Shown in pieces: positions 11,259 through 22,953 of a DNA stretch of 64,000 bases. The DNA is taken from NCBI RefSeq assembly GCF_006345805.1, contig NC_043002.1:66278001-66342000 (forward strand), in the 5' to 3' direction. The position numbers and the translations under genes were made by a program. Within the stretch, counting starts at the first letter, position 1. Each line of letters begins with the position of its first letter. Below the pieces are notes generated by a model. The model was not told the origin of the DNA. It made no database searches and was given only the letters and a program-made list of their open reading frames with translations. The stretch comes from Octopus sinensis. Taxonomy: Eukaryota.

Positions 11259-12655
11259 CCTCCCTCTCTTTCGTTCTCCCTCTCTATGCAGGAAGATAGG
11301 TAATAATGTCTGAGAGTAGTTGGAACGATTTTAGAGGACAATGTTAGAGAGATCTTGAGCCTGGACAGCAAATGAAAAGGGATTCATGTTTCAGTGAGGA
11401 AGAAGGAGGGCGGTTTATGTGTTGGTAGTGAGTAGTCGGTTGGTTCTAGCTTGGGCTGAAATACATGAATGCTTACTTGGCGGACGATAAAATTTGTCAG
11501 TAAATTTGCTGAAATTTTTGGCAAAATATTGTAGAAAAAGAATATGGTCGTTTGAAATTATCACCAATATACAACTGGTATTCGCTTTTATTGATGTTAG
11601 CAAAACCAATCCTGGATGAGTAAGCATCTATGCAGTCGCTCAGTTGCCAGAAACAACAGTTTCTCAAGAAAGCCAAGAGAAAAAAATGTTTTATTTTGAC
11701 ACATTCTACCAGTATACGAAGTTTAAAAGTGTTTAGTTAACTAGAAATTGTGTTGAAAATTGCCGTTCAAACCGAAAAGATCCTCTTCCTGTCATCCAAC
11801 ACTCGCAATTGTACATTCTGTTCCCACACATTTTATTCAACATTTACTTAAAAATTGTAGTATCACTTACTACCGCTTGTACGAGAGGGTTACCTCTCCT
11901 GAAATATGGTATGTTGAGTCCGTTCATACATTCGCCTTCTGACTTTCTTCCAACATTCTAAGCAAAATTCGCAACAGAACATTCCAGACAACTAGCTACA
12001 AACTCCAATGTCCGATCACTTTTACTATTTGTAAATATTGATTTCCCAGCATGTATCAGGATATCTCAAAATCGAGAAACTCACACAAACTGCCTGAGGT
12101 GCGACCACCTTCCCATTCACCCACACACTTTCTAAGGAAGAGAAAACAAGTTTCGATCAATATCAGATTAATCTGTTTAGAAAGTAAATAGCTTTAGATG
12201 AGATTTCTTCATCTTCGAAATAATTCTTACAGTTTTGATAGCAACAGGTGGTTCGGTTATGCGTTCATAGACACAACAACACGCTCGTTTAAATACGACA
12301 CCAATCTTTCTGTTTTTGAAAAGATGTCCGTTACTTTGTTGACAATCGAATAGATAAATAAATGCTTATTGTATATGTTGGTGTCACAGAGTTTTGTTGT
12401 TAATGTTCTCAACAGATGATGTCTTTGTTCTGACACTTATATAAACAAACGTCGTTTGTCAAACTACTAAAGGGTAATGCTGTTCCGTTCTGTGTGTTTG
12501 TGCGTGCGTGCGTGTACCTGCATATTAAGATAAAGTCTAGAGGCTCGAGTTTTTGTTTTCAGCTTCACGTCAACTCTGTTCAAGTAGACCTACGAATCAA
12601 ATGATCAAAGACAATCAAACCGTATCTCGTCTATTATTTTTGGGAGGTGTCTGCA

Positions 12656-12825
12656 ACGAGCTGGCAGAATCGTTAGCATGCTAGGCGAAATGTTTAACAT
12701 TTCGTCTGTCCTTATGTTCTGAGTTCAAATTCTGCTGAGGTCGACTTCGCCTTCCATGTTTTCGGGGTCGATAAAATAAGCACCTGTTGAGCTCTGGGGT
12801 CGATATGATCGACTTAACAACTCCT
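12656..12825 (+). mobile_element. SINE family C (MetaSINE-like central domain)
   Basis: GAGCTGGCAGAATCGTTAGC head, GAGTTCAAATT B box, GGTCGACTTCGCCTTCCAT..TTCGGGGTCGATAAAATAAG core. The core resembles the Meta domain as I recall it. Confidence 0.8.
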
Positions 12826-13147
12826 GGGTAAGAGTATAAAAACTGCACCCTCTGTGAAGCCATACCGAGGCCGTGTGACAGAGTAGGCGCACCAAACCAG
12901 TATGATTTTGAGCACAAATTCACATCAGACTGTGGTTGATAGAAAGAACTTGCTAAGGACTTCGTCCTGCAGTGGACTGAAGAATGGCAATCCAGTCTGG
13001 AGCAACATTATCTAATGTCTTGGATTTTTTTTAAATGGTGCCATATCATTTTTAGATTTGGCTGTTATTTCTACCAGGTCGAGTGACAACAGAGGTTTAG
13101 TCAATGGTGACAAGAGTGTGTTGTAAAGGTATATCTGATCTATATGT

Positions 13148-13445
13148 GGAGGCACATGGCCTAGGAGTTAGAGCAGCGTACTTGCGGCCGAGGGATTGTG
13201 GGTTCGAATCTCAGACCAGACAATGTGTATGTTTATGAGCGAAACATGTAATCTCCATGCAGCTCCGACAGAAGATAATGGCGAACTTCTGCTGACTCTT
13301 TCGCCACAACTTTCTCTCTCTCTTTCCTCCTTCATCTTGCAGCTCACCTGCGACAGACCAGCGTCCCGTCCAGGTGGGGAACCTATACGCCAAGGAAACT
13401 GGGAAACTGGCCCTTATGAGCCACACATGGCTTGAGAAAGAACAA
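13148..13445 (+). mobile_element. SINE family B variant
   Basis: GGAGGCACATGGCCTAGGAGTTAGAGC head, GGTTCGAATC B box, shared CTCTTTCGCCACAACTTTCTCTC body, different 3' half. Confidence 0.75.
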
Positions 13446-13929
13446 ACAACAAACATCTGATCTATATGAATACAATATTATATACATTATAGATAGATTA
13501 TCAAGAGCCTTTTAGATGTGCTGTGGCTTAGTGTGGTTCCGTTCAGAAGGCTGGAACAAAATATATCCCTTTGGGAAGAAAGAACACTGTGTATTGAACA
13601 TCTCAGAACCAAGTTGTAGATTTTATGCCTTTTTTTGAGGTCTCAGATATGTACAAGTAGAATAAGTTACACGAAATATTTACAAGTGAAGATAATGTTC
13701 ATTTTCTGTGGAATCCAAATCATAATGGCTTAATGTCTACTTGCCATTGCTTGTCTCATGGTTGCGCATCTCTCCAAGGTGAGATTAAGAGCTGAGGCAG
13801 TCACGTCTTGCTCACTGTGAGCTGTGGTGAAAAAGAGAGACAAGTCCCAGAATTCCAAAGTTACATGCTACTCTACCTAATGACATAAGAAGTGTTTATC
13901 ATTAAGATGGATTGTCTTGATTTACCTAG

Positions 13930-14340
13930 TCTTTTACTCTTACTTGTTTCAGTCATTTGACTGTGGCCATGCTGGAGCACCGCCTTTAGTTGAGAAAATC
14001 GACCCCAGGACTTATTCTTTGGAAGCCTAGTACTTATTTTATTGGTCTCTTTTGCCGAACCGCTAAGTTACGGGGACGTAAACACACCAACATCGGTTGT
14101 CAAGTGATGTTGGGGGAACAAACGCAGACACACAAACATATACACACATATACATATATATATATATATACATATATATGATGGGCTTCTTTCAGTTTCC
14201 GTCTACCAAATCCACTCACAAGGCTTTGGTCAGCCTGAGGCTATAGTAGAAGACACTTGCCCAAGGTGCCACGCAGTGGAAATGAACCTGGAACCATGTG
14301 ATTGGTAAGCAAGCTACTTACCACACAGCCAATCCTGCGC
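13930..14340 (-). mobile_element. SINE family A, near full length
   Basis: Reverse complement of the family A consensus seen at 10101, including the internal microsatellite. Confidence 0.9.
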
Positions 14341-14506
14341 TTGTGTAATTTCTTTGTCATATAAAATAATATAAGATTCAGTGTTTCTTATTAGTGTAAT
14401 TCCTTTATAATGTACGAAGTGTTTTATCTCTGAAATATCTGAAGTGTTTTAATATCTTAAATATCTGAAAGATAAGGTAGATAACCCTGGCTATACTGCT
14501 TGACAC

Positions 14507-14579
14507 TGTGGTAGACTGCATACTATACTAGTATAGTATAGACTGCATACTATACTAGTATAGTATGCGGTCTACCACA
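14507..14579. repeat. spacerless palindrome with internal 27-bp tandem duplication
   Basis: TGTGGT-[AGACTGCATACTATACTAGTATAGTAT]x2-GCGGTCTACCACA; each unit contains the perfect 20-bp palindrome ATACTATACTAGTATAGTAT. Confidence 0.9.
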
Positions 14580-14744
14580 ATTTGTACTTTCCATAGATTT
14601 CTATGATAAATACATGCAAATGCTTGACAGCTTGTGATTAGGGGTACCCACTTTCATATGCTCATCTGTTTTGATATCAGAATGAAAAAAATTAAACTAA
14701 TGTTAGAATTTCTACAATTGTAGTCCATTGCAGCGTTACTCATT

Positions 14745-14882
14745 TTTGCCAACTGAGTGGACTGGAGCAACGTGAAGTGAAGTGTTTTGCTCAAGAACAC
14801 AACACGTCACCCAGTCCAGGAATTGAAACCACAATCTTACGATCATGATGCTGACACCCTAACCACTAAGCCACGTGCCTCC
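14745..14882 (-). mobile_element. tRNA-derived SINE with V-like domain
   Basis: Reverse complement has a TGGCTTAGTGGTTAGGG head and GTGTTGTGTTCTTGAGCAAAACACTTCACTTCACGTTGCTCCAGTCCAC. Same family at 33887 and 46636. Confidence 0.7.
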
Positions 14883-15154
14883 ACACAGTAAATTAGTACA
14901 AAATTAGTACAAAAACAGGAGATATATTAGATGTATCATCTCTGATATCCACACATCAAGAAATGGTGGATGGACATGGCTGGAGTGTCTTTGATCAATA
15001 GGTCTACTTGAAAAGAGTTGAGTAAGAGCTGCAAACAACAACTTGATCCATCACACATAATCTTACATCTGAGAACAGCAGAAACATAAGACAATACCAT
15101 TCTTGTTTATCAGAAGTCTTGAAGATATATTCCTATCTTTTATCTTACATTTGT

Positions 15155-15665
15155 TTCATTCATTGGATTGTGGCCATGCTGAAGCACAGTCTTGAAGGGT
15201 TTTGTCGAACAAATCAACCTCAGTACTTGTTTTTAAGTCGGGGATGGGGGTCTTTTTTGACAAACTTTTATGATACGAAGACGTAAACAAATCAACACCG
15301 GTTGTCATGTGACAGTGGGGGACAACCACAAACACACTATGGATTTCCACACAGTTTCCGCCTACCAAATTCACTCACAAAGCATTGGTTGGTTTGGGGC
15401 TATCATAAAAGACACTTGCCCAAACTGCTGCACAGTGGGACTGAACCAGAAATTCTTTTCTACTCTAGGCACAAGGCCCGAAATTTTTGGGGAAGGGGCC
15501 ACTTGATTAAATTGACCCCAGTACACAACTGGTACTTAATTTATTGACCCTGAAAAGATGAAAGGCAAAATCGACCTTGGTGGAATTTTAGCTCAGAACG
15601 TAAAGACAGACGAAATACCGCTAAGCATTTTGTCTGGTGTGCTAATGTTTCTGCCAGCTCACCAC
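15155..15665 (-). mobile_element. degenerate SINE A (15155-15450) followed by SINE C (15465-15665)
   Basis: Reverse-complement matches to the family A and family C motifs above. Confidence 0.75.
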
Positions 15666-16335
15666 TAGAAATTAACTGCAAAATGAATTTCTTAACCACA
15701 CAGCCATGTCTTCACCTGTGGCACAAATTTTTGAAAATATTGATGCAGAGATACTTAGTGTTGTTGGTATGTCAGCACAGAAGCAATTACCCCATGAAGT
15801 ACTGGACAACTCTTTAAAAACCAGATTAAACTCCCATTTGTAGTAACATCACTTGATTCACGTCACTGCTGAAACAGTTTGTAGAAGACATAAATAATAC
15901 ATGGTCATCTTATTTCTCAACTTTCTATACTTTTGAATACTTGTTGCAAAAAGAGAAGCCATTAGCTTGATCATCTTTATTAACATCTCATTTCCGTGCT
16001 AGAATGGGTTGGATGATTCAACAGGAGCTGACATGCTAAAAGACTGTGCCACGCTTCAATGTCTGCTTTCACATGATTTCTACAACTGGATACAATTCCT
16101 AATGCCAAACACTTTACAGAGCATACTGGGTGCTTTTAACATGGAACTGGCAGTAGTAAGTCCAACAAGGAACTGGCAAAAGATGAGCCAGATATAAAAA
16201 ATGTAAAGAATAGATTCTTAACCCTTTCAACTCACAAGTATGCTTCCGTGGGTGTGATTTTGTTTGACTATAACCCCTACAAGATACAAAAAGCAGGTGG
16301 CCATGTGGTTTTGTGTTTACAAATATGACGGTGCG

Positions 16336-17350
16336 TGCAGACATGCCTATGTGGTTAAGAAGCTTGTTTTCCAACCACATGGTTTTGGGTTCAATTCCAC
16401 TGTGTGCCACCTTGGGCAATTGTCTTTTCCTATAGCCCCAGGCCAACCAAAACCTAGTGAGTGGATTTTGTAGACAGAAACTGAAAGGCGGCGAGCTGGC
16501 AGAAACGTTAGTACATGGGGCGAAATGCTTAGTGGTATTTCGTTTGTCGCTACGTTCTCAGTTCAAATTCTGCCAAGGTCGGCTTTTCCTTTCATCCTTT
16601 CGGGGTCGATTAAATAAGTACCAGTTATGCACTGGGGGTGGTTGGGGGTCGATATAATCGGCTTAATCAATTTGTCTGTCCTCTCTGTAGTGTAGCTCCT
16701 TGTGGATCAACTGATGATTGTTAAATGAACAACATTGTCATACAAGGGATGACGTTCATTCCTTATCTTCCATGTAAACAAATCTGGCCACGGGAAAATA
16801 TTACTCTGCTTGAAAACAGGTAAGGGTTGACAACAGGAAAGGCATCCAGCCTATGGAAAAATCTACCCCATCAAATTCCATCCGACCCATAAATGCATGG
16901 AAATGTGAACATTAAACAATGATAATGATAGCTTTCTAATCACTTGAAACATCATTATTTTTGGTCATCAACACAAAAATGTGGTCACATGCATTTGCAC
17001 TTTTCAGGGCTTTAGTCAAGTGAAATCATGCATTCCCAAGTGTATTCATAGGCACAAAGGGTTAAGATGATATTCCATTCTTGGAGATAGGTGCCATGGC
17101 TGAGTGGATTTGGTAGACAGAAACTGAAAGAAGCCCATCATGTATACATGTGTCTGTTTGTCTGCCACCACCACTTGATAACTGGTGTTGGTGTATGTTC
17201 CTGTAACTTAGCAGTTTGGCAAAAGAGACCGATAGAATAAGTACCAGGCTTAGAAAAAATAAGTACTAGAGTAAGTTCATTCAACTGAAAATACTTCAAG
17301 GCAGTGCCCCAGCATGGCCACAGACTAATGACTAAAACAAGAAAACATAA
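16336..17350 (+). mobile_element. nested SINEs: family A head (16336-16485), family C (16488-16700), Nin-domain SINE remnant (~16790-16930), family A tail (17095-17350)
   Basis: Family A is interrupted after GAAACTGAAAG and resumes with GAGTGGATTTGGTAGACAGAAACTGAAAGAAGCCC at 17100. A Nin-like GGTTGACAACAGGAAAGGCATCCAGCC motif lies between. Confidence 0.7.
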
Positions 17351-17494
17351 AAATAGAGTATAATTTTCCACACCAACATGGGTTCATATTGTTCTATATT
17401 TTGAATAAATAATAATGATAATAATAATAATAACATCAGCAAAAAAAAATACCATAGGAATGAGAACCCAGGGTTGGGTTCAAAACCCTACCTG

Positions 17495-17540
17495 GACACC
17501 TGATGAAGGGTGGAGAGTAAATCAGCTGAAACGTTGTGGT
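17495..17540 (+). ncRNA. candidate minimal type I hammerhead ribozyme motif (Penelope-associated type), degenerate
   Basis: GACAC-CTGATGA-A-GGGTG(GAGAGTAAAT)CAGCT-GAAAC-GTT-GTG. Core boxes are intact, stem III is a loopless AC/GT palindrome, stem I is CAC/GTG and stem II has one G-G mismatch. Confidence 0.5.
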
Positions 17541-18029
17541 AACAACAAACAAGACGAGGACACATATCTGTCCAATGCAAATAATATAAATAATAAACAT
17601 GGGGTTATTATCTTAACATTAAAACTCAATATCAAGCAACAGGTTGACTTCCGACACCTACTTTTCACTTCAAACCATTCTGGTTAAACTTAACACAGTA
17701 AAAGCTTAAGAGAAGGACCTGATGTTTGTTGTTCATAATAATCATGTCTGAGCATGTTTTACAGCTTTATCTCTTAACACTTGTGTCTTTAAACAGATAT
17801 GGAGGAAAACTTAGCTTTACGTGCTGCAACAAGTAATGCAGGATTAGGTTTATTTTAATTTTTAATTTGTAATATATATATACACACACACATATATATA
17901 TATACTAGCATTAAAGACCCGTCATTGCCGGGTCATAGTGCTAGTGCATGTATAAATGTGTATATATTTGTGTACATCTATATATATATACATCTACACA
18001 TAAAATGCAAAATACAAAGTCATATCATG

Positions 18030-18548
18030 TCTGTGTGTGTGTCTTCTTGGATTTCGGGCATCCTCCATCCAATTGTGCTCAAATTTGATATGTAGATACC
18101 GATGGTATCAGGGCGTCTTGAGAATATTACAAAAATCGAATCCAGGTGAGAATGCGATCGATAAAGCCGTGGGAATGTGCATTTGTATTTGCAAGGACAT
18201 CAACTGTTGTGATCGATACTACGCATACACAAGAAAAATGCATGTGCAGTTTGCACAAAAAAAGCCAGCTGGCTTGAAATAATGCCACAAAATGCAGTAT
18301 ATTTAAGAGACCAAAAAAGTAAGATGCAAAAGAGATATTTTCTTCAAACTTGGCATGAAGGAAGGAAAGACTATTTGGTTTCGCAATAAGTTTTTTTTTG
18401 CCTTAACTTCGTTTAAAAAAACTAAAAATTTTATTGAAATAAAAGCATGCTTAATTATTTTTTAATGAAAAGGAAACACTGATTGCTTTTTATTCAGCAG
18501 ATATGATTCAGTACCGTCCATTGGACGGAGGGGGGGGGTGTTGCTCGT
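18030..18548 (+). mobile_element. non-autonomous Helitron-like element (same termini as 2019-2572)
   Basis: Shared 5' core and 3' CCGTCC-ATT-GGACGG hairpin + GCTCG|T. Confidence 0.55.
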
Positions 18549-18580
18549 ATATATATATATATATGTATGTATGTATGTAC

Positions 18581-20975
18581 TCTTTTACTTGTTTCAGTTA
18601 TTTGACTGCGGCCATGCTGGAGCACTGCCTTTAGTCAAACAAACCAATCCCAGAACTTCTTTGCAAGCCTAGTACTTGTTCTGTCGGTCCCTTTTGCCAA
18701 ACTGTGAAGTTACAGGGATGTAAACACACCAACATCAGTTGTCAGGTGATGGTGGGGAGACAAACACACAAATATACACACACACATATATATATATATA
18801 TAAATATGACGGGCTTCTTACAGTTTCTGTCTACCAAATCCACTCAGAAGGCTTTGGTAAAAGACACTTGCCCAAGGTGCCACGCAGTGGGACTGAACCT
18901 GGAACCATGTGGTTGGGAAGCAAGCTTCTTACCACACAACTACTCCTGTGCCTATATATTCTTTTACTTGTTTCAGTCATTTTACTGCAGCCATGCTGGA
19001 GTGCTGCCTTTATTCAAACAAATCGACTCTAGGACTTATTCTTTGTAAGCCTGATACTTTTTCTATCGGTCTCTTTTGCCGAACTGCTAAGTTACGGTGA
19101 AGTAAACACACCAATATCGGCTGTCATGCGATGGTGGGGGGACAAACACGAATATATGACAGGCTCCGTCTACCAAATCCACTCACAAGGCTTTGGTCAG
19201 CCTAAGGCTATAGTAGAAGACACTTGTCCAAAGTGCCATGCAGTGGGACTGAACCCAGAACCATGTAGTTGGGAAGCAAGCTTCTCACCACACAACCAAG
19301 CCTGCGTATATATCATTTTTATATATTTTTACTTGCTTCAATCATTAGACTGTGGCCATACTGGAGCACTGCTTTGAAGTATTTTAGTTAAATGAATCAA
19401 CCCCTGGAATTTTTTTAATAATCCGGTGCTTAATATATTGATCACTTTTGCTGAACCACCTAAGTTACAGTGATGTAAACCCACCAACACAGATTGTTAA
19501 GCAGTGGTAAGGAACAAACACAGATAAAAAAAAACCACACACACACGTATACATATATCACAGGCTTCTTTCAGTTTCCATCTACGAAATACACAAGAAT
19601 TTTGTTGGCCCAAGCTAAAGTAGAAGACACTTGCCCAAGGTTCTATGAAGTGGGACTGAACTTGGAACTATGTATGTTGGAAGCAAACTTCTTACCACAA
19701 AACCATGCCTACACTACATATATATATATGTATGTATTCTTGTTTCAGTCATTTTAACCGTGGCCATGCTGGAGCATCACCTTTTAGTCATAGAAATCAA
19801 ACACTGGACTTATTCCATCAGTGTCTTTGGTTGAACTGCTAAGTTATGAGGATGTAAACACACCAACATCAGTTGTTAAGTGATGGTGGGAAACAAACAC
19901 TGATACAAACATATACACACACGCTATATATATATATAATGGGCTTCTTTCAGTTTCCATCTACCAAATCCACTCACAAGGCTTTGGTCGGCCCGATGCT
20001 ATAGTGGAAGACACTTGCCCAAGATGCCACGCAGTGGGAATGAACCCAGAACCATGCGGTTGAGAAGCAAGCTTCTTACCACACTTGTACCATATATCAC
20101 ATCACATGACCAACCAGGCTACCAGATGTTGCAACACATCGCTGGTCACAAGGCACTTTGCATTGTTTTAGCCTTCAATTGACGCCACCCCGTTGGGTAA
20201 GCGAGCAGGCCAACAGAAGAAAGAGTGAGAGAAAGTTGTGGCGAAAGAGTACAGCAGGGATCGCCACCACCCCCGGCTGAAACCTCGTGGAGCTTCTAAG
20301 TGTTTTCGCTCAATAAACACTCACAATGCCCAGTCTGGGAATCGAAATCGCAAGTCGAGTACGCTGCCCTAACCACTGGGTCATTGCGCCTCCACATACA
20401 TATATATATTTCTATCTTAATGTTATAAGATTGATCTGTAAAGAAGCAATTCAGTCATCACAAGCAGTTGTTTGAAGGTCTCAGTCTTACCCATTGACTT
20501 TTAGGAAACGCTACACATCAGTCACATTACAGTATAATGCTAGGGATGTGGGTAATAAGTACCTCATTTATAATTACTCCCTTTACTCTTTTACTTGTTT
20601 CAATCATGGGACTGTGGCCATGCTGGAGTACTGCATTTAGTCATGCAAATCGACCCCAGGACTTATTCTTTGTAAGCCTAGTATTTATTCTATCGGTCTC
20701 TTTTGCCGAACCACTAAGTTACGAGGATGTAAACCACCAGCATCGGTTGTCAAGCAATGTTGGGGGAACAAACACAGACACACAAACATATACACACACA
20801 TACATATACATATATACGACGGGCTTCTTTCAGTTTCCGTCTGCCAAATCCACTCAAGGCTTTGGTAGGCCCGAGGCTATAGTAGAAGACACTTGCCCAA
20901 GGTGCCGCGCAGTGGGACTGAACCCGGAACCATGTGCTTGGTAAGCAAACTACTTACCACACAGCCACTCTCAAG
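18581..20975 (-). mobile_element. array of five SINE A copies (18581-18952, 18959-19306, 19325-19710, 19736-20084, 20578-20975) with one SINE B (20090-20394)
   Basis: Each unit starts (CTTTTA)CTTG(T/C)TTCA.TC/TT and ends CTT.(T/C)TCACCAC/TTACCAC.., all in the same orientation. Confidence 0.88.
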
Positions 20976-20984
20976 CCCAATAAT

Positions 20985-22505
20985 AATAATTCTAATTTTA
21001 GCAATTTTAAGGAGAGGAGAGTTAAGTTGATTATGTAGACCTCAATGCTTGACTGGTATTTTATTGACCCTGAAAGGATGAAAGCCGAAGCTGACCGTGG
21101 CAGGATTTGAGCTCAGATGGACGAAATACCTCTAAGCATTTTGATTGGTGTTCTAACGATTCTGCCAGCTTGCCACCTTCATTTCCTTATTAATATTAAT
21201 AATAACTGTAAGACAGTGAGCTGACAGAATCATTAGCACACTGGGTAGATGGCTTAACAGCATTTTGTCCGTCTTTATGTTCTGAGTTCAAATCCTGCCA
21301 AGGTTGACTTTGCATTCATCCTTTCAAGATCGATGCAATAAGTACGAGATGAGCGCGGGATTTTATGTAATCGACTCACATCAGTTCAAAGTAGGGGGTA
21401 ACTGACCTATCCACAATCCTGAACTTGGTGGCCTTGGGCCAAAATTTGAAATCAATATTAATAGTAATTATTAGAAATATTCGTGCAGGTCCAGTGATTT
21501 TTGTAGGGAGTGGGGGTCAGTCATCTACAGCAACCCCAGTGCTAAATTGGTGCTTATTTCATACTGACCCTGAAGCGACAAAAGACAAAGTTGACTGTAG
21601 CAGAATTTGAACTCATAATGTCAAGAGTTAAAAGAAATGCTGCTAAGCATTTTGTCCAATTTTTTTAATGACTCTGCCAGTTTGCTATTTTCTTACTACT
21701 ATTAATAATAATAATACTCCCGTGTTTTCTCCATCACAACATATGAATGAGAAAGGAAGGGGTGAAGGCAAACTGGTAGTGGGACCGTTTCAACTCTGTG
21801 TGAGTATGTGTGTGTGTAAGTAAAAGGGAAGTATGTGAATATGTGTGTGCAATGGTAGTGTGATGGTGAACATTCAACGCTGAAAAGAAAAATCAAACAG
21901 TGTTTCAACTCCATGTGAGTATATGTGCGTGTGTACATGTACAAGGTAAGTATGTGAATGTTTGTATCTGTGATTACTATGTACTTTATTTATATATAAA
22001 ATATCACAATTAACCTTCATTTTTGATGGCACGAGGTCAGCTAGTAATAATAATACTTTCTACTAAAGGCACAAGGCCAACAATTTTGACAGAGAGGGTA
22101 AGTCAATTATACTGACCCCCAGCATTCAAGAGCTGTTCATTTTATCAACCCCAAAAGGATGAAAGGCCAAGTGGAATTTGAACTCAGAATATGAAGAGCT
22201 GTGAAAAATGCTGTGAAGCATTTTGTCCAACATGCTAACGATTCTGCTATCTTACTGCAATAATGACGATAAAAATATTAATATTAATAATAGTTTCAAA
22301 TTTTGACACAAAGCCAGTAACTTTGGAGGAGTGGTATGTTGTCTTACATGAACCCCAGTATTCAACTGGTACTTATTTTGTTGACCCTGAAAGGATGAAA
22401 GGCAAAGTCAACCTTGGCAGAATTTGAACTCAGAACACAAAGACAGATGAAGTGCTGCTAAGCATCTTTGCCCAGTGTGCTAAGATTCTGCGAGCTCACC
22501 ACCTT
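20985..22505. mobile_element. cluster of SINE C copies (~20985-21180 -, 21215-21460 +, 21480-21690 -, 22060-22260 -, 22300-22505 -)
   Basis: Repeated GACCCTGAAAGGATGAAAGGCAAAGT / ATTTGAACTCAG / CTAAGCATTTTG motifs separated by (AAT)n tracts. Confidence 0.8.
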
Positions 22506-22559
22506 AATAATAATAATAATAATAATAATAAAAGAGACTATTTTTTGTAAAGATAATTG

Positions 22560-22916
22560 AGGAAAAGTAAAAAAAAAACCCCAAATTTATCAAAAATATA
22601 ATAAATTAATAAATAAAAATAGAAGAGCATGTATTGGATTCGGTCGATTTAATGTAATTTTAATTTAATTTAATTAGATTTTTATTTTTATTTTAGTTTA
22701 GAATAAAGTAAACAATGAAATAATAATAATTTGGAAAAGATCAATAGTAGACTTCATCAGTTAATAATATAAAATAACGAGAGAAGAGGATTATTATTAA
22801 CACACGAAGGCCAGCATCATTATGGAAATAACAAAGTTTTTATAGTTAAAACTGAAATTAAATTTTATTTGACAACAGAATAATAATAAATTTTTATTTT
22901 CCAATAGATATGTGTA

Positions 22917-22953
<37 letters not shown>

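Noticed and set aside
11740-12340. Possible decayed GIY-YIG/Penelope remnant (KDPLP..., RL..RV)
   Set aside because: The motif fragments are too weak and in different frames; a profile search is needed.
20537-20944. 135-aa ORF and similar ORFs containing TTGFFQFPS / EDTCPRC
   Set aside because: Read-through of SINE family A sequence, recurring at every copy.
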